DNA of 64,000 bases from positions 4,870-68,869 of the forward strand of contig CANHCU010000003.1 of the NCBI GenBank assembly GCA_947459185.1, written 5' to 3'. Below are positions 9,898 to 18,662 of this stretch, piece after piece. Position 1 is the stretch's first letter; each line of letters starts with the position of its first letter. This DNA comes from Planctomycetaceae bacterium. Lineage in GTDB: Bacteria > Planctomycetota > Planctomycetia > Pirellulales > UBA1268. Below the pieces are notes generated by a model. The model saw nothing but the letters and a program-made list of their open reading frames with translations. It was not told where the DNA came from and did not search any database. A program made the translations under genes and the position numbers.

Positions 9898-9935
9898 ACC
9901 GGCTGCTATTGGAGTTTCCTCCAATAGCAGCCGGT
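9898..9935. repeat. 7-4-7 palindrome, copy C (family 2), 17-bp perfect stem
   Basis: ACCGGCTGCTATTGGAG TTTC CTCCAATAGCAGCCGGT. The outer stem differs from copy A but stays complementary. Confidence 0.85.
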
Positions 9936-10013
9936 ATTCGGAACAGGGTAAACCTAACGTCTGTCCTGCACAGTCCTCAAAAACCATTCCGTCACGGCCT
10001 GGAGCCCCTTCCA

Positions 10014-11381
10014 ATGAAAAATGAACGGGTGCCGTCCCGCAACGACACTTTTGCCAGAGCTACAGGGCCGGTCTCACGCCGCGGATTCGTCGCGGCGGCC
10101 GGTGCGGTCGCCGCAGCGGCCAGCGTGGTCGCCGACCCCGTCGCTCGCATGGCCCACGCCGCGGGAAGCGACCGGCTGAAGGTCGGCCTGGTCGGCTGTG
10201 GCGGACGCGGCACCGGCGCCACCTCGCAGGCGATCTCCGCCGACCCGGGCGTCGTGCTCTGGGCAGTGGCCGATGCGTTTGCCGACCAGGTCAAGGCTGG
10301 CGCCAACCTGCTGGGCCGCACGGTCGAGGAAAAGGCCAAAAACGACGCCTCCTTCAAGACACGGTTCGACTGTCCATCCGAGCGGCAGTTCGCCGGCCTC
10401 GACAGCTACAAGCAGGTGATCGATGCCTGCGACGTCGTCTTGCTCGCGGCCCCGCCGGCCTTCCGGCCGCTGCACCTCAAGGCCGCGGTCGAGGCAGGCC
10501 GGCAGATATTCTGCGAAAAGCCGATGGCGGTCGACGCCGCCGGCCTGCGCAGTCTCCGCGAGACCGTGAAGGTCGCCAGCGAAAAACACCTCACGCTCGT
10601 GTCGGGCTTCTGTTGGCGGTATGCGGCCCGCGAGCGGGACGTCTACAAGCGGATCCACGAGGGAGCGATCGGGCCGGTGCGGTCGGCCTACACAACCTAC
10701 AACTCGCCCGGCTTCCGCGGCGAGGTGCCCCGCAAGCCCGATTGGAGCGACATGGAGTATTGCCTCCGCAACTGGCAGTATTACACCTGGCTTTCGGGCG
10801 ACCACATCGTCGAGCAGGCGGTGCACTCGGTCGACCGGCTGGCGTGGGCGATGAACGACGAGATGCCGGTGAGCGTCAACTGCACGGCGGGCCGCGAGGT
10901 CCGCTCCGATGCGCCGAAGGGAAACAACATCTTCGACCACTTCACCGCAGCCTTCGAATACGCCGACGGCCGCCGTGGCTTCCACATGTGCCGCCACTTT
11001 CCTGGCGCGGCCAGCGACAACAGCGACTACATCGTGGGCACGAAGGGCACCGCCACGGTCAATGGCTTTCAAAACAAGCAGCAGACCGTCGTCGACGGCG
11101 TGACCTGGCAGAGCGAGGCGTCGAAGTATGACATGTATCAGCAGGAGCACGACGAACTCTTCGCCAGCATCCGCTCGGCCAAGCCGATCAACGACGGCGA
11201 ACGGATGACCAACAGCACCGCGATGGCGATCATGGCGCGGATGAGCGGCTACACCGGCCAGCCCGTCACGTGGCAGCAGCTCTGGGAGTCGAAAGATGAT
11301 CTCTCCCCGTCGGCGTGGGATTTTTCGGCCGCTCCGCCCCCGTCGCCGATCGCCGTCCCGGGCAGGACGAAGCTCGTCTGA
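10014..11381 (+). CDS. Gfo/Idh/MocA-family oxidoreductase with a twin-arginine (Tat) signal
   Basis: MKNERV..VSRRGFVAAAGAVAAAAS is a Tat motif, followed by the Rossmann motif LKVGLVGCGGRGTGA. The ORF-track start at 9909 overlaps palindrome copy C. Confidence 0.85.
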   Translation: MKNERVPSRNDTFARATGPVSRRGFVAAAGAVAAAASVVADPVARMAHAAGSDRLKVGLVGCGGRGTGATSQAISADPGVVLWAVADAFADQVKAGANLLGRTVEEKAKNDASFKTRFDCPSERQFAGLDSYKQVIDACDVVLLAAPPAFRPLHLKAAVEAGRQIFCEKPMAVDAAGLRSLRETVKVASEKHLTLVSGFCWRYAARERDVYKRIHEGAIGPVRSAYTTYNSPGFRGEVPRKPDWSDMEYCLRNWQYYTWLSGDHIVEQAVHSVDRLAWAMNDEMPVSVNCTAGREVRSDAPKGNNIFDHFTAAFEYADGRRGFHMCRHFPGAASDNSDYIVGTKGTATVNGFQNKQQTVVDGVTWQSEASKYDMYQQEHDELFASIRSAKPINDGERMTNSTAMAIMARMSGYTGQPVTWQQLWESKDDLSPSAWDFSAAPPPSPIAVPGRTKLV

Positions 11382-11470
11382 TGTCAGGCCCCAAGGGCAT
11401 TAAGGAGGCTCGCAAGAGCCTTGACCGCCGCCAGGCCGTGGCTACCCCAAGCACGGCCTCAAGCGGCACA

Positions 11471-11492
11471 CCCGGCGGGAAAACCGCCGGGG
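11471..11492 (+). terminator. GC-rich hairpin downstream of the oxidoreductase (terminator candidate, no U-tract)
   Basis: CCCGGCGG GAAAA CCGCCGGG forms an 8-bp stem. Confidence 0.3.
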
Positions 11493-11527
11493 GGCCTGAC
11501 CAAGGAGAAGTCGTTCGGTCGTGACAA

Positions 11528-11601
11528 TAGCAGCGGCCGGACTTGAACCGGCGACACCCGGCTTATGAAGCCGGTGCTCTAACCAACTGAGCTACGCTGC
11601 C
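11528..11601 (-). tRNA. tRNA with CAT anticodon (elongator Met by structure; lysidine-modified Ile2 cannot be excluded)
   Basis: The reverse complement GGCAGCGTAGCTCAGTTGGTTAGAGCACCGGCTTCATAAGCCGGGTGTCGCCGGTTCAAGTCCGGCCGCTGCTA folds as a 74-nt cloverleaf. The anticodon stem is CCGGC/GCCGG, which lacks the initiator GGG:CCC signature. Confidence 0.9.
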
Positions 11602-11818
11602 ACACACGGTCCGCTGCCCAAGGGGCGATAACCGTCGTTGCCAAAATATACCCCGTCGATCGCGGGCCGTCAGCCGGTGGGCCTCGTTGGGCCGGAAAAC
11701 ATGAGGAAATGCCGCCCGTTGGCAGCCCTCTTCGCGAAAAGAGCGGATAGAATTTCCGTCGTGCCTGATGGAGGCGTTCCTGGCCCCCAGGCGATGCTCC
11801 GCGGCGAGAAAAGTTCCC

Positions 11819-12313
11819 ATGAACATCGACCACATCCTTCAGACGTTCAACACGTGTGAGGTCGACTATCTCCTGATCGGGGGCATGAATTTTTTGCTCC
11901 GCCATGAGCCCGTGCTCACCTACGACATCGATTTCTGGATCCGGGATACCGCGGCGAACCTCGCCCTCTGTGACACCGCCCTCAGGCAACTCGATGCCTC
12001 ATGGGGGCCCACCGAGGACTCGTGGCGGCCGGTGGCGGAGCAGGCTGGCTGGCTTGCCCGGCAATCGGTGTTCTGCATGACCAGCCCAGCTGGTGCCATC
12101 GACATCTTTCGCGGCGTGACCGGCCTGCCTTCGTGGGAGGCCTGTCGGGAACGATCCGTGGTCGGTCAGACAGCCGCCGGCGTCGAGTACCGTGGGCTCT
12201 GTGACGAGGATATGATCGCTTGCCAGGTTGCTTTGCCTGAAGGCCAGCGACGGCAGACACGGATCGAGGCTCTCCGACGGGCGATCTCGAATCAACAAGG
12301 TGGCCAGACATGA
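11819..12313 (+). CDS. Small nucleotidyltransferase-fold protein (minimal NTase, G-G..D-x-D)
   Basis: VDYLLIGGMNFLLRHEPVLTYDIDFWI matches the hhGG...T.DhDhh pattern of minimal nucleotidyltransferases. ATG 11819 was chosen over the ORF-track start at 11768. Confidence 0.5.
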   Translation: MNIDHILQTFNTCEVDYLLIGGMNFLLRHEPVLTYDIDFWIRDTAANLALCDTALRQLDASWGPTEDSWRPVAEQAGWLARQSVFCMTSPAGAIDIFRGVTGLPSWEACRERSVVGQTAAGVEYRGLCDEDMIACQVALPEGQRRQTRIEALRRAISNQQGGQT

Positions 12314-12540
12314 CGAACACCGGCGATACAAGCTCGGACGAGGAGTCGGCGGATCGTGCAGCGCGCGAGCACGAACGGCGGGAACGCGCCTGGCAGCCAG
12401 CCGCCCGCTGGCAGGCAATCCAGGAGACGATCCGGTGGGCCGAGTCGCAGGCCACTGCACGTCGAAATACGCCGCAGTCCTGCATCGAGCGAGAGCGTCG
12501 AATCAGGCTTCAACTTGAGGAACGGCAGGGCCTCGGCTAA
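12310..12540 (+). CDS. Small highly charged hypothetical protein, translationally coupled to the NTase-fold gene
   Basis: ATGA overlap at 12310-12313. 76 aa rich in Arg/Glu (REHERRERAW..ETIRWAESQATARRNTP). No recognised domain. Confidence 0.4.
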   Translation: MTNTGDTSSDEESADRAAREHERRERAWQPAARWQAIQETIRWAESQATARRNTPQSCIERERRIRLQLEERQGLG

Positions 12541-12573
12541 CAACGCAGATCACGCGACGCCGAGCTGCGATCC

Positions 12574-12616
12574 AGAAAAGAAAAACGGCCCGGGGGGCAT
12601 TCGCCTCCCCGGGCCG
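12574..12616 (-). terminator. Intrinsic terminator for the thioredoxin-fold gene
   Basis: On the minus strand, CGGCCCGGGG..CCCCGGGCCG forms a 10-bp stem followed by TTTTTCTTTTC. Confidence 0.7.
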
Positions 12617-12683
12617 CATGAGCATTCATGATCATTCATCGGCATTTCAGCGCGGTCGGGTCTTGACCGTGAAAGACCTCAGG

Positions 12684-13268
12684 CTAGTTCGCCATCGAGC
12701 AGGCAGCCTCGACGATCGCGTCGATCTTCTCGTCGGAAAGCTGCCCCTTGGCCACGGCATGGTTGGAAGTCACCTTGCCCCCCTTGAAGCAGACCACCGT
12801 CAGGTCGGCGTCGGGCGCGATCTTGTAGTCGGCCGGACCGTTTGCCGAATCCTCAGGCACCACAAACGCGATCCGCTCCAGGCCCTGCAGCTTCACGAAC
12901 TCAGCCGCATCTTTCTTCAGCGACTCAGGCTCAGTTCCCAGCATGTTGACGAAGCCCGTCAGCTTCGCACTCGCATGCTCCTCGATCTCCTCGTCGAGCT
13001 TCTTGAGCAGCTTGCCCAGCTTCTCGTCAGCCGTCCGCGCGAACACCATCACCACCGGCCGCGAACCCATCTTGCAGCGGTAGCAGAGCGTCTTGCCGTC
13101 AGCCACGCCGTCCAAGGGATTGCCAGTGACCTTGGTCACCGTCATCGCTCCGACCGATTCACCCACCTGATACCCGCTCGTGACCTCGGCAGAGGCCGTT
13201 CCCGTCATGACCGTTGCCGCCACGATGGTGCCGATCGCCGCCACCGTCGAAATCCATGCTGCACGCAT
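12684..13268 (-). CDS. Secreted thioredoxin-fold-like protein with a CxxC (CYRC) motif
   Basis: Signal-like MRAAWISTVAAIGTIVAATVMTGTASA, then LCYRCKMGSRPVVMVF. Start at Met16 of the track ORF (13268). Confidence 0.55.
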   Translation of the reverse strand: MRAAWISTVAAIGTIVAATVMTGTASAEVTSGYQVGESVGAMTVTKVTGNPLDGVADGKTLCYRCKMGSRPVVMVFARTADEKLGKLLKKLDEEIEEHASAKLTGFVNMLGTEPESLKKDAAEFVKLQGLERIAFVVPEDSANGPADYKIAPDADLTVVCFKGGKVTSNHAVAKGQLSDEKIDAIVEAACSMAN

Positions 13269-13405
13269 TGATGAAAACTCCTCGAAAGCCGCCTGGAACT
13301 CCATGCCGGCCACGCACGCCGCGTTGCCAGCCTTTTCTTGCGATGTTCATGCTACCGCAGGTACGATCTTGAGGGCAACTTTTGCGTGCGGACGGGTAGC
13401 AGATC

Positions 13406-15754
13406 TTGACGGAGCGTTTCATGGGCAGAGTCAAAACAGGCGGCGGCTGGCGGGCGGTGCTCTACACCTTCAAGAAGGCACGCGAGGCCGGTGGACTGTG
13501 GGCCCTCTGGAAGGCGATGCGGTCGAAGAATGCCTGCAAGACCTGCGCGGTCGGCATGGGCGGCCAGTCGGGCGGCATGGTCAATGAGGCGGGCCACTTT
13601 CCCGAGGTCTGCAAGAAGTCGTTCCAGGCGATGGTCGCCGACATGCAGGGGGCGGTGAAGCCGACGTTCTTCGAGACCTACTCCGTGCCGCAGCTGAGGA
13701 TGTTCACTCCCTATCAGATGGAGCACTCCGGCCGGCTCGTGCAGCCGGTGGTGCTCGAGAAGGGGTCGCAGCACTACCGACCGATCGACTGGGCCGACGC
13801 GATGGAGCGGATCGCGAAGAAACTCCGGGCCACACAGCCCGAGCAGAGCTTCTTTTATTTCAGCGGCCGATCGAGCAACGAGGCCGGCTTCCTGCTGCAG
13901 CTCTTCGCGCGGCTCTACGGCACGAACCATGTCAACAATTGCAGCTTCTACTGCCACCAGGCCAGCGGTGTCGGCCTCACGAGCGTGATCGGCAGCGGTG
14001 CCGGCACCGTCACACTCGACGACATGGAACATGCCGACATGGTCTTCCTGCTCGGCGGCAACCCCGCCAGCAACCATCCGCGGCTGATGCGGACGCTGAT
14101 GATGGTCCGCCGTCGCGGCGGAAAGGTGGTGTCGATCAATCCGATCATCGAGACCGGTACGGTGAACTTCTCCGTGCCGAGCGACCCGTGGGCGCTCTTC
14201 TTCGGTGCCGAGATCGCGAGCACCAACGTGCAGCCGCATGTCGGCGGCGACCTCGCGCTGCTCTATGGGATGATGAAGCGGCTCCTGGAGATGCACCGGG
14301 CTGACCTCCGACACGCCAGCCCGCGGCAGGCCGGTCCAAAGCAGGCCGATCCGCTCGTCGACGAGGAGTTTCTCACCCAGCACAGCGTTGGCTGGCCCGA
14401 ACTCGCCGCACGGCTCGAGAGCCTCGGCTGGGACGAGATTGTCGAAAAGTCGGGCGTGTCGAAGGCCCAGATCGATGACATGACGGCCCAGTATGCCGGC
14501 TCGAAGCGGGCGATCTTCGCCTGGACGATGGGCGTGACCCACCAGTTGCACGGCGCCGCCACCGTGCAGGCGATCGCGCAACTCGCGCTGATGCGGCGAA
14601 TGGTCGGCAAGCCCGGCGCCGGACTCCAGCCGATCCGCGGCCATTCCAACATCCAGGGGATGGGCACCGTCGGCGTGACGCCCACGCTGAAAAAAGCGAT
14701 CTTCGATCGACTGGAGAGTCACTACGGCGTGAAGCTGCCTACGACGAAGGGCTACGACACGCTCGAGTGCCTCGACGCGGCCGACGAGGGCACGATGCGG
14801 TTCGCCCTCTGCCTCGGTGGCAACCTTTATGGCGCAAGCCCCGAAGCGAGCTACGCCAAGCGGGCGATGGAGAAGATCGATACGGTCGTCTACATGAGCA
14901 CGTCGCTCAACACCGGCCACGCCTGGGGCACGGGGGCCGAGGAGACGATCATCCTGCCGGTGCTCGCGCGAGACGAGGAGCCGGAGCCCTCCACGCAGGA
15001 GAGCATGTTCAGCTACATCCGCCTCTCCGACGGCGGCAAGCCCCGGCACGTCGGCCCGCGGAGCGAGGTGGAGATCATCGCCGATATGGCCCTGCGGGTG
15101 TGTGGCGACGCCTCGTCGGCCGGCGGCACCAGCCCGGTGAACTGGCGGGATATGTCGCACACGAGCACGATCCGGCAGGCGATCGCGAAGATCGTGCCGG
15201 GCCTGGAGGAGATCGCGGCGATCGACCGCACGAAGAAGGAGTTTTCGATCCCGGGTCGGGCCATCGACAAGCCGTCGTTTTCAACGGCCGACGGCAAGGC
15301 CCACCTCTTCGTGCACGACCTGCCCGCTGTGCCGGAGGGCATGCAGTTGATGACCATCCGCAGCGAGGGGCAGTTCAATACGGTCGTCTACGAAGAGAAC
15401 GATCTCTATCGCAATCAGACGCGTCGCGACATCGTGCTCATGCACCCGGACGACATTCGCCGGCTGGGGCTGACCGCCGATGGGAAGTGTCGAATCGCCA
15501 GCAGCGTGGGGGAGATGCGGGGGCAGATCGTGTCGGCCTTCGACCAGATCCGGCCGGGCAACGTGGCGATGTATTACCCTGAGAGCAACGTGCTCGTGCC
15601 GAAGGCGGCCGACCCGATGTCACGGACACCGGCCTACAAGCGGATCGCCGTCACGGTGACAGCGGATATCGATGTGGTGCCGCTCGCGAAGCCGACACCG
15701 GAAGTTGTTGGAGCCGGCACGCCGCGCGACGCGATGAATGCCTGCGCGGGGTGA
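13406..15754 (+). CDS. Molybdopterin oxidoreductase of the FdhF/YdeP family
   Basis: GGWRAVLYTFKKAREAG..MRSKNACKTCAVGMGGQSGGMVNEAGHFPEVCKKS is the characteristic YdeP-type N-terminus. 782 aa with molybdopterin-binding regions. Confidence 0.8.
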   Translation: MTERFMGRVKTGGGWRAVLYTFKKAREAGGLWALWKAMRSKNACKTCAVGMGGQSGGMVNEAGHFPEVCKKSFQAMVADMQGAVKPTFFETYSVPQLRMFTPYQMEHSGRLVQPVVLEKGSQHYRPIDWADAMERIAKKLRATQPEQSFFYFSGRSSNEAGFLLQLFARLYGTNHVNNCSFYCHQASGVGLTSVIGSGAGTVTLDDMEHADMVFLLGGNPASNHPRLMRTLMMVRRRGGKVVSINPIIETGTVNFSVPSDPWALFFGAEIASTNVQPHVGGDLALLYGMMKRLLEMHRADLRHASPRQAGPKQADPLVDEEFLTQHSVGWPELAARLESLGWDEIVEKSGVSKAQIDDMTAQYAGSKRAIFAWTMGVTHQLHGAATVQAIAQLALMRRMVGKPGAGLQPIRGHSNIQGMGTVGVTPTLKKAIFDRLESHYGVKLPTTKGYDTLECLDAADEGTMRFALCLGGNLYGASPEASYAKRAMEKIDTVVYMSTSLNTGHAWGTGAEETIILPVLARDEEPEPSTQESMFSYIRLSDGGKPRHVGPRSEVEIIADMALRVCGDASSAGGTSPVNWRDMSHTSTIRQAIAKIVPGLEEIAAIDRTKKEFSIPGRAIDKPSFSTADGKAHLFVHDLPAVPEGMQLMTIRSEGQFNTVVYEENDLYRNQTRRDIVLMHPDDIRRLGLTADGKCRIASSVGEMRGQIVSAFDQIRPGNVAMYYPESNVLVPKAADPMSRTPAYKRIAVTVTADIDVVPLAKPTPEVVGAGTPRDAMNACAG

Positions 15755-15786
15755 TGCTGCGAAGCCGATCCCGTCGCTGACGCTCA

Positions 15787-15831
15787 GGGCTTGTATGAAC
15801 CCATATACAAGCCCCCGGCGCGAGCCGGGGG
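15787..15831. repeat. REP-like double hairpin (family 3) at the convergent ydeP-like/mutS junction; likely bidirectional terminator
   Basis: GGGCTTGTAT(8 nt)ATACAAGCCC overlaps CCCCCGGC GCGA GCCGGGGG. TACAAGCCCCCGGCGCGAGCCGGGGGA resembles TGCAAGCCCGACGCGCGAGCGAGGGAA at 34496-34525. Confidence 0.6.
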
Positions 15832-15853
15832 ATCGTCGCTCCGGGTAGCCCTG

Positions 15854-18454
15854 CTATTCGCCGAACAGCGACAGCTGGTCGGCCGGGTCGGCCTTCCGGC
15901 GTGGCTTGACGGGCGGTGTGCCGCTCGCACCGTGGGCCTCGAAGCCGAGCAGCAGGTCGCGGGCCCGCTCGATCACCTGCTCCGGCACGCCCGCCAATCG
16001 GGCCACGTGCACGCCCCAGCTCTTGTCGGCTGCGCCGGGCACCACCTGATGGAGAAACACGAGCTGATCGCGATGCTGTTTCACGACCACCTGCACGTTG
16101 CTCACGCCCGCCAGTCGGTCGAGTGCGGCCAGCTGGAGATAGTGTGTCGCGAACAGCGTGCGGCAGCCGACCCGCCCGTGCAGATGCTCGACGACGGCCT
16201 GAGCGATGGCGAGGCCGTCGAACGTGCTCGTGCCCCGGCCCACCTCGTCGAGAATCACGAGGCTTCGTGGCGTGGCCCGGTTGAGGATCCGCGCCGTCTG
16301 CGACATTTCGACAAGGAATGTGCTGGCGCCGCGGGCGAGGTCATCCCCCGCGCCGATCCGGGCGAAGAGCCGGTCCACGATGCCGACACGGGCCCGCTTC
16401 GCGGGAACGAAGCTACCGGCCTGCGCCAGCACGGTGACAAGCGCCGCCTGCCGGATGAACGTGCTCTTGCCGCCCATGTTGGGACCGGTCACAAGGAGAA
16501 TCGCCGGAGCTGGATTTGCGGTGATGGCAGGCAGTGCCGACAGCATCAGGTCGTTGGCCACGAGCGTGCCCGCCGGGAGCAGATCCTCGAGCACTGGATG
16601 GCGGCCCGCCTCGACGAACAGGTCGCCCCCCTCCGTGATCTCGGGCCGCACCCAGCCCCGCGATCGGGCCACGTCGGCCAGCGCGCGGAGCACGTCGAGC
16701 GTGGCGAGGATCGTGGCCACGCGGTCGAGGGCGGCGCGGTGCTCGGCTGCGAAGAGCCGCAACAGTTCGAGCAGTTCGATTTCCCGCCGCAACGACTCCT
16801 CCTCCGCGCCGAGCACCTGCCGCTGACGGTCGTCGAGTTCGGGCGTGGTGTAGCGTTCGGCGTTCTTCACCGTCTGCGTGCGGATGTAATCGGCGGGCAC
16901 CTTCGCCGCTTGCGCGCGGCTCACCTCCAGAAAGAAGCCGAACACGCGGTTGAAGCCGACCTTGAGCGTGGGGATGCCGGTCCGCTCGATCTGCTCGGCC
17001 TGATAGCGGGCGATCCATGCCTTGCCGCCAGACGCCATCTCGACGAGTTCGTCGAGCCGCGGATCGAATCCCGGCCGCACGAAGCCGCCGTCGCGGGCAA
17101 ACACCGGGCAGCCCTCGCGGAGCGTCGCGTTGATTCGCCGGGAGAGTTCCTCGCACGGATCGATGGCGTCGCGAAGCTCGGCAAGCAGGCCATCGCTGCC
17201 CGCAAGCACCGCGATCAGGTCGGGCAGGATCGCTGTGGCCCGGCCGATCCGTTCGAGGTCGCGCGGGCCCGCGCGACCCGAGATCACGCGGCTGATGAGC
17301 CGCTCCAGGTCGCCGATGCCGGTGAGTTTTTCGGCCAGCCGCGCAGCGAGCGACGGATTGCCCAGGAGCGTGGCCACGGCGTCGAGCCGGCGGTCAATCT
17401 GCAGCTTGTCGATCAGCGGCGCCGAGAGCCACTCCACCAGCAGCCGCGAACCCATCGGCGACTTTGTGCGATCGACGACACCGGCGAGCGTTCCCTCGCG
17501 GCGGTTGGTGCCACCCGTCGCCGATCGCACCAGTTCCAGGCTGCGACGGGAGGCCTCGTCGATCTCCATGCGGTGGCCGGGCCGCCAGACCGAAAGCGTG
17601 GCGATGCGGGAGACCGCAGCAGGTTCGTTTTCCTCCAGATACGCGACGATGCCGCCGGCGGCCGCGATGCCGGGGAGATCAGCGGGCAGTTCGAAGCCCA
17701 GACCTTCCAGCCGCTTCTGCCCGAGTGCGCGGTCCACCGCAGTCTGCGCGGAGGTCTCTTCGAACCACCAGTCAGGGCGGACCGTCACCGCGCATCCGGC
17801 CGACAGCATGCCGCCGCCCGCCTCGCGGACGATTGTCTCGACGCCCTCGCGATCCTTCTCCGCGGAGAGGCATTCGGTCGGGTCGAGGCGGAGGAGCAGA
17901 TCGGGCACATCGTCACGGGGCACGACCGCCGCCTCGAATCGCCCCGCCGCCACATCGATCCAGGCAACTCCGCAGAGGACGTCGTCAACCGCCCTCGCGT
18001 TGTCGTCGCCAGCTGTCGCTGCGGCGTCGACCGCCCGCGTGGCCACCGCCCGGGGCACGATCGCCACGAGCCAGTTGCGTTTCGTCGGGTCGAGCAGCGA
18101 TTCGTCCGAGGCGATGCCTGGCGTGACGATCCGCGTCACCTCGCGACGCAGCAGTCCCTTTGTTGGCTTTCCATCCGTCGAAGCCGGCCCGTCGATTTGT
18201 TCGCAGATGGCGACCCGCCGGCCGACAGCCACGAGCTTCACCAGCTGCACGTCGAGCTGATGGTGCGGAAAGCCGGCCATCGGCAGGGCATCGGGCCCCT
18301 TGTCGCGGCTGGTGAGCGTGAGGTCGAGGAGATCGGCCGCCTCGCGGGCGTCGTCGCCGAAGAGTTCGTAGAAATCCCCCATGCGAAACAGCACCAGCGC
18401 CCCCGGGCACCGGGCCTTCGCCGCCTCGAACTGCTGCATCATTGGTGACGCCAT
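15854..18454 (-). CDS. mutS: DNA mismatch repair protein MutS
   Basis: MASPMMQQFEAAKARCPGALVLFRMGDFYELFGDDA, Walker A GPNMGGKSTF, and DEVGRGTSTFDG. Start at ATG 18454; the longer ORF-track start at 18724 would overrun the SRP RNA. Confidence 0.95.
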   Translation of the reverse strand: MASPMMQQFEAAKARCPGALVLFRMGDFYELFGDDAREAADLLDLTLTSRDKGPDALPMAGFPHHQLDVQLVKLVAVGRRVAICEQIDGPASTDGKPTKGLLRREVTRIVTPGIASDESLLDPTKRNWLVAIVPRAVATRAVDAAATAGDDNARAVDDVLCGVAWIDVAAGRFEAAVVPRDDVPDLLLRLDPTECLSAEKDREGVETIVREAGGGMLSAGCAVTVRPDWWFEETSAQTAVDRALGQKRLEGLGFELPADLPGIAAAGGIVAYLEENEPAAVSRIATLSVWRPGHRMEIDEASRRSLELVRSATGGTNRREGTLAGVVDRTKSPMGSRLLVEWLSAPLIDKLQIDRRLDAVATLLGNPSLAARLAEKLTGIGDLERLISRVISGRAGPRDLERIGRATAILPDLIAVLAGSDGLLAELRDAIDPCEELSRRINATLREGCPVFARDGGFVRPGFDPRLDELVEMASGGKAWIARYQAEQIERTGIPTLKVGFNRVFGFFLEVSRAQAAKVPADYIRTQTVKNAERYTTPELDDRQRQVLGAEEESLRREIELLELLRLFAAEHRAALDRVATILATLDVLRALADVARSRGWVRPEITEGGDLFVEAGRHPVLEDLLPAGTLVANDLMLSALPAITANPAPAILLVTGPNMGGKSTFIRQAALVTVLAQAGSFVPAKRARVGIVDRLFARIGAGDDLARGASTFLVEMSQTARILNRATPRSLVILDEVGRGTSTFDGLAIAQAVVEHLHGRVGCRTLFATHYLQLAALDRLAGVSNVQVVVKQHRDQLVFLHQVVPGAADKSWGVHVARLAGVPEQVIERARDLLLGFEAHGASGTPPVKPRRKADPADQLSLFGE

Positions 18455-18519
18455 AGGCGGGAAAATGTAGCAGCCTTTGACCGCGTGCGCGACGCGGCGT
18501 ACAAAACAGGCGGTGCGAA

Positions 18520-18623
18520 CGCCGATGAGAGGCCCCTGCGATGGGGGCCTGTGAACCTGGTCAGGGCTTAACCGCAGCAGCCATAAGCAGTCGCTCCTTT
18601 GTGCGGTGGGCCTCTCATCGGCG
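18520..18623 (+). ncRNA. ffs: Signal recognition particle RNA (small bacterial 4.5S type)
   Basis: A 16-bp closing helix (CGCCGATGAGAGGCCC / GGGCCTCTCATCGGCG) encloses CCTGGTCAGG..AGCAGCCATAAGCAG. E. coli 4.5S RNA has CCAGGUCAGGUCCGGAAGGAAGCAGCCAAGGCAG. The position immediately upstream of dnaX is a common synteny. Confidence 0.7.
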
Positions 18624-18662
18624 TCCGGCCCCGTCCCCCGCACTGCATGCTCCCGCGCACCC

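Noticed and set aside
11503-11524. Shared motif GGAGAAGTCGTTCG..GTGAC here and at 21288-21307
   Set aside because: The match is only 13 contiguous nucleotides. By a rough order-of-magnitude estimate, matches of this length are expected by chance in a 64-kb window, and the contexts are unrelated.
13352-15160. 602-aa ORF antisense to the YdeP-like oxidoreductase; similar long antisense ORFs at 7627-9210, 26967-28214, 45752-47182 and 10074-11150
   Set aside because: Each overlaps a confidently identified gene on the other strand and has an Arg/His/Gly-rich composition without motifs.
15791-18448. 885-aa ORF on the plus strand opposite mutS
   Set aside because: It lies entirely antisense to a gene with unmistakable MutS motifs. 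Its translation is Arg/Ala/Gly/Pro-rich low complexity with no motif, which is the typical shadow ORF of a high-GC genome.
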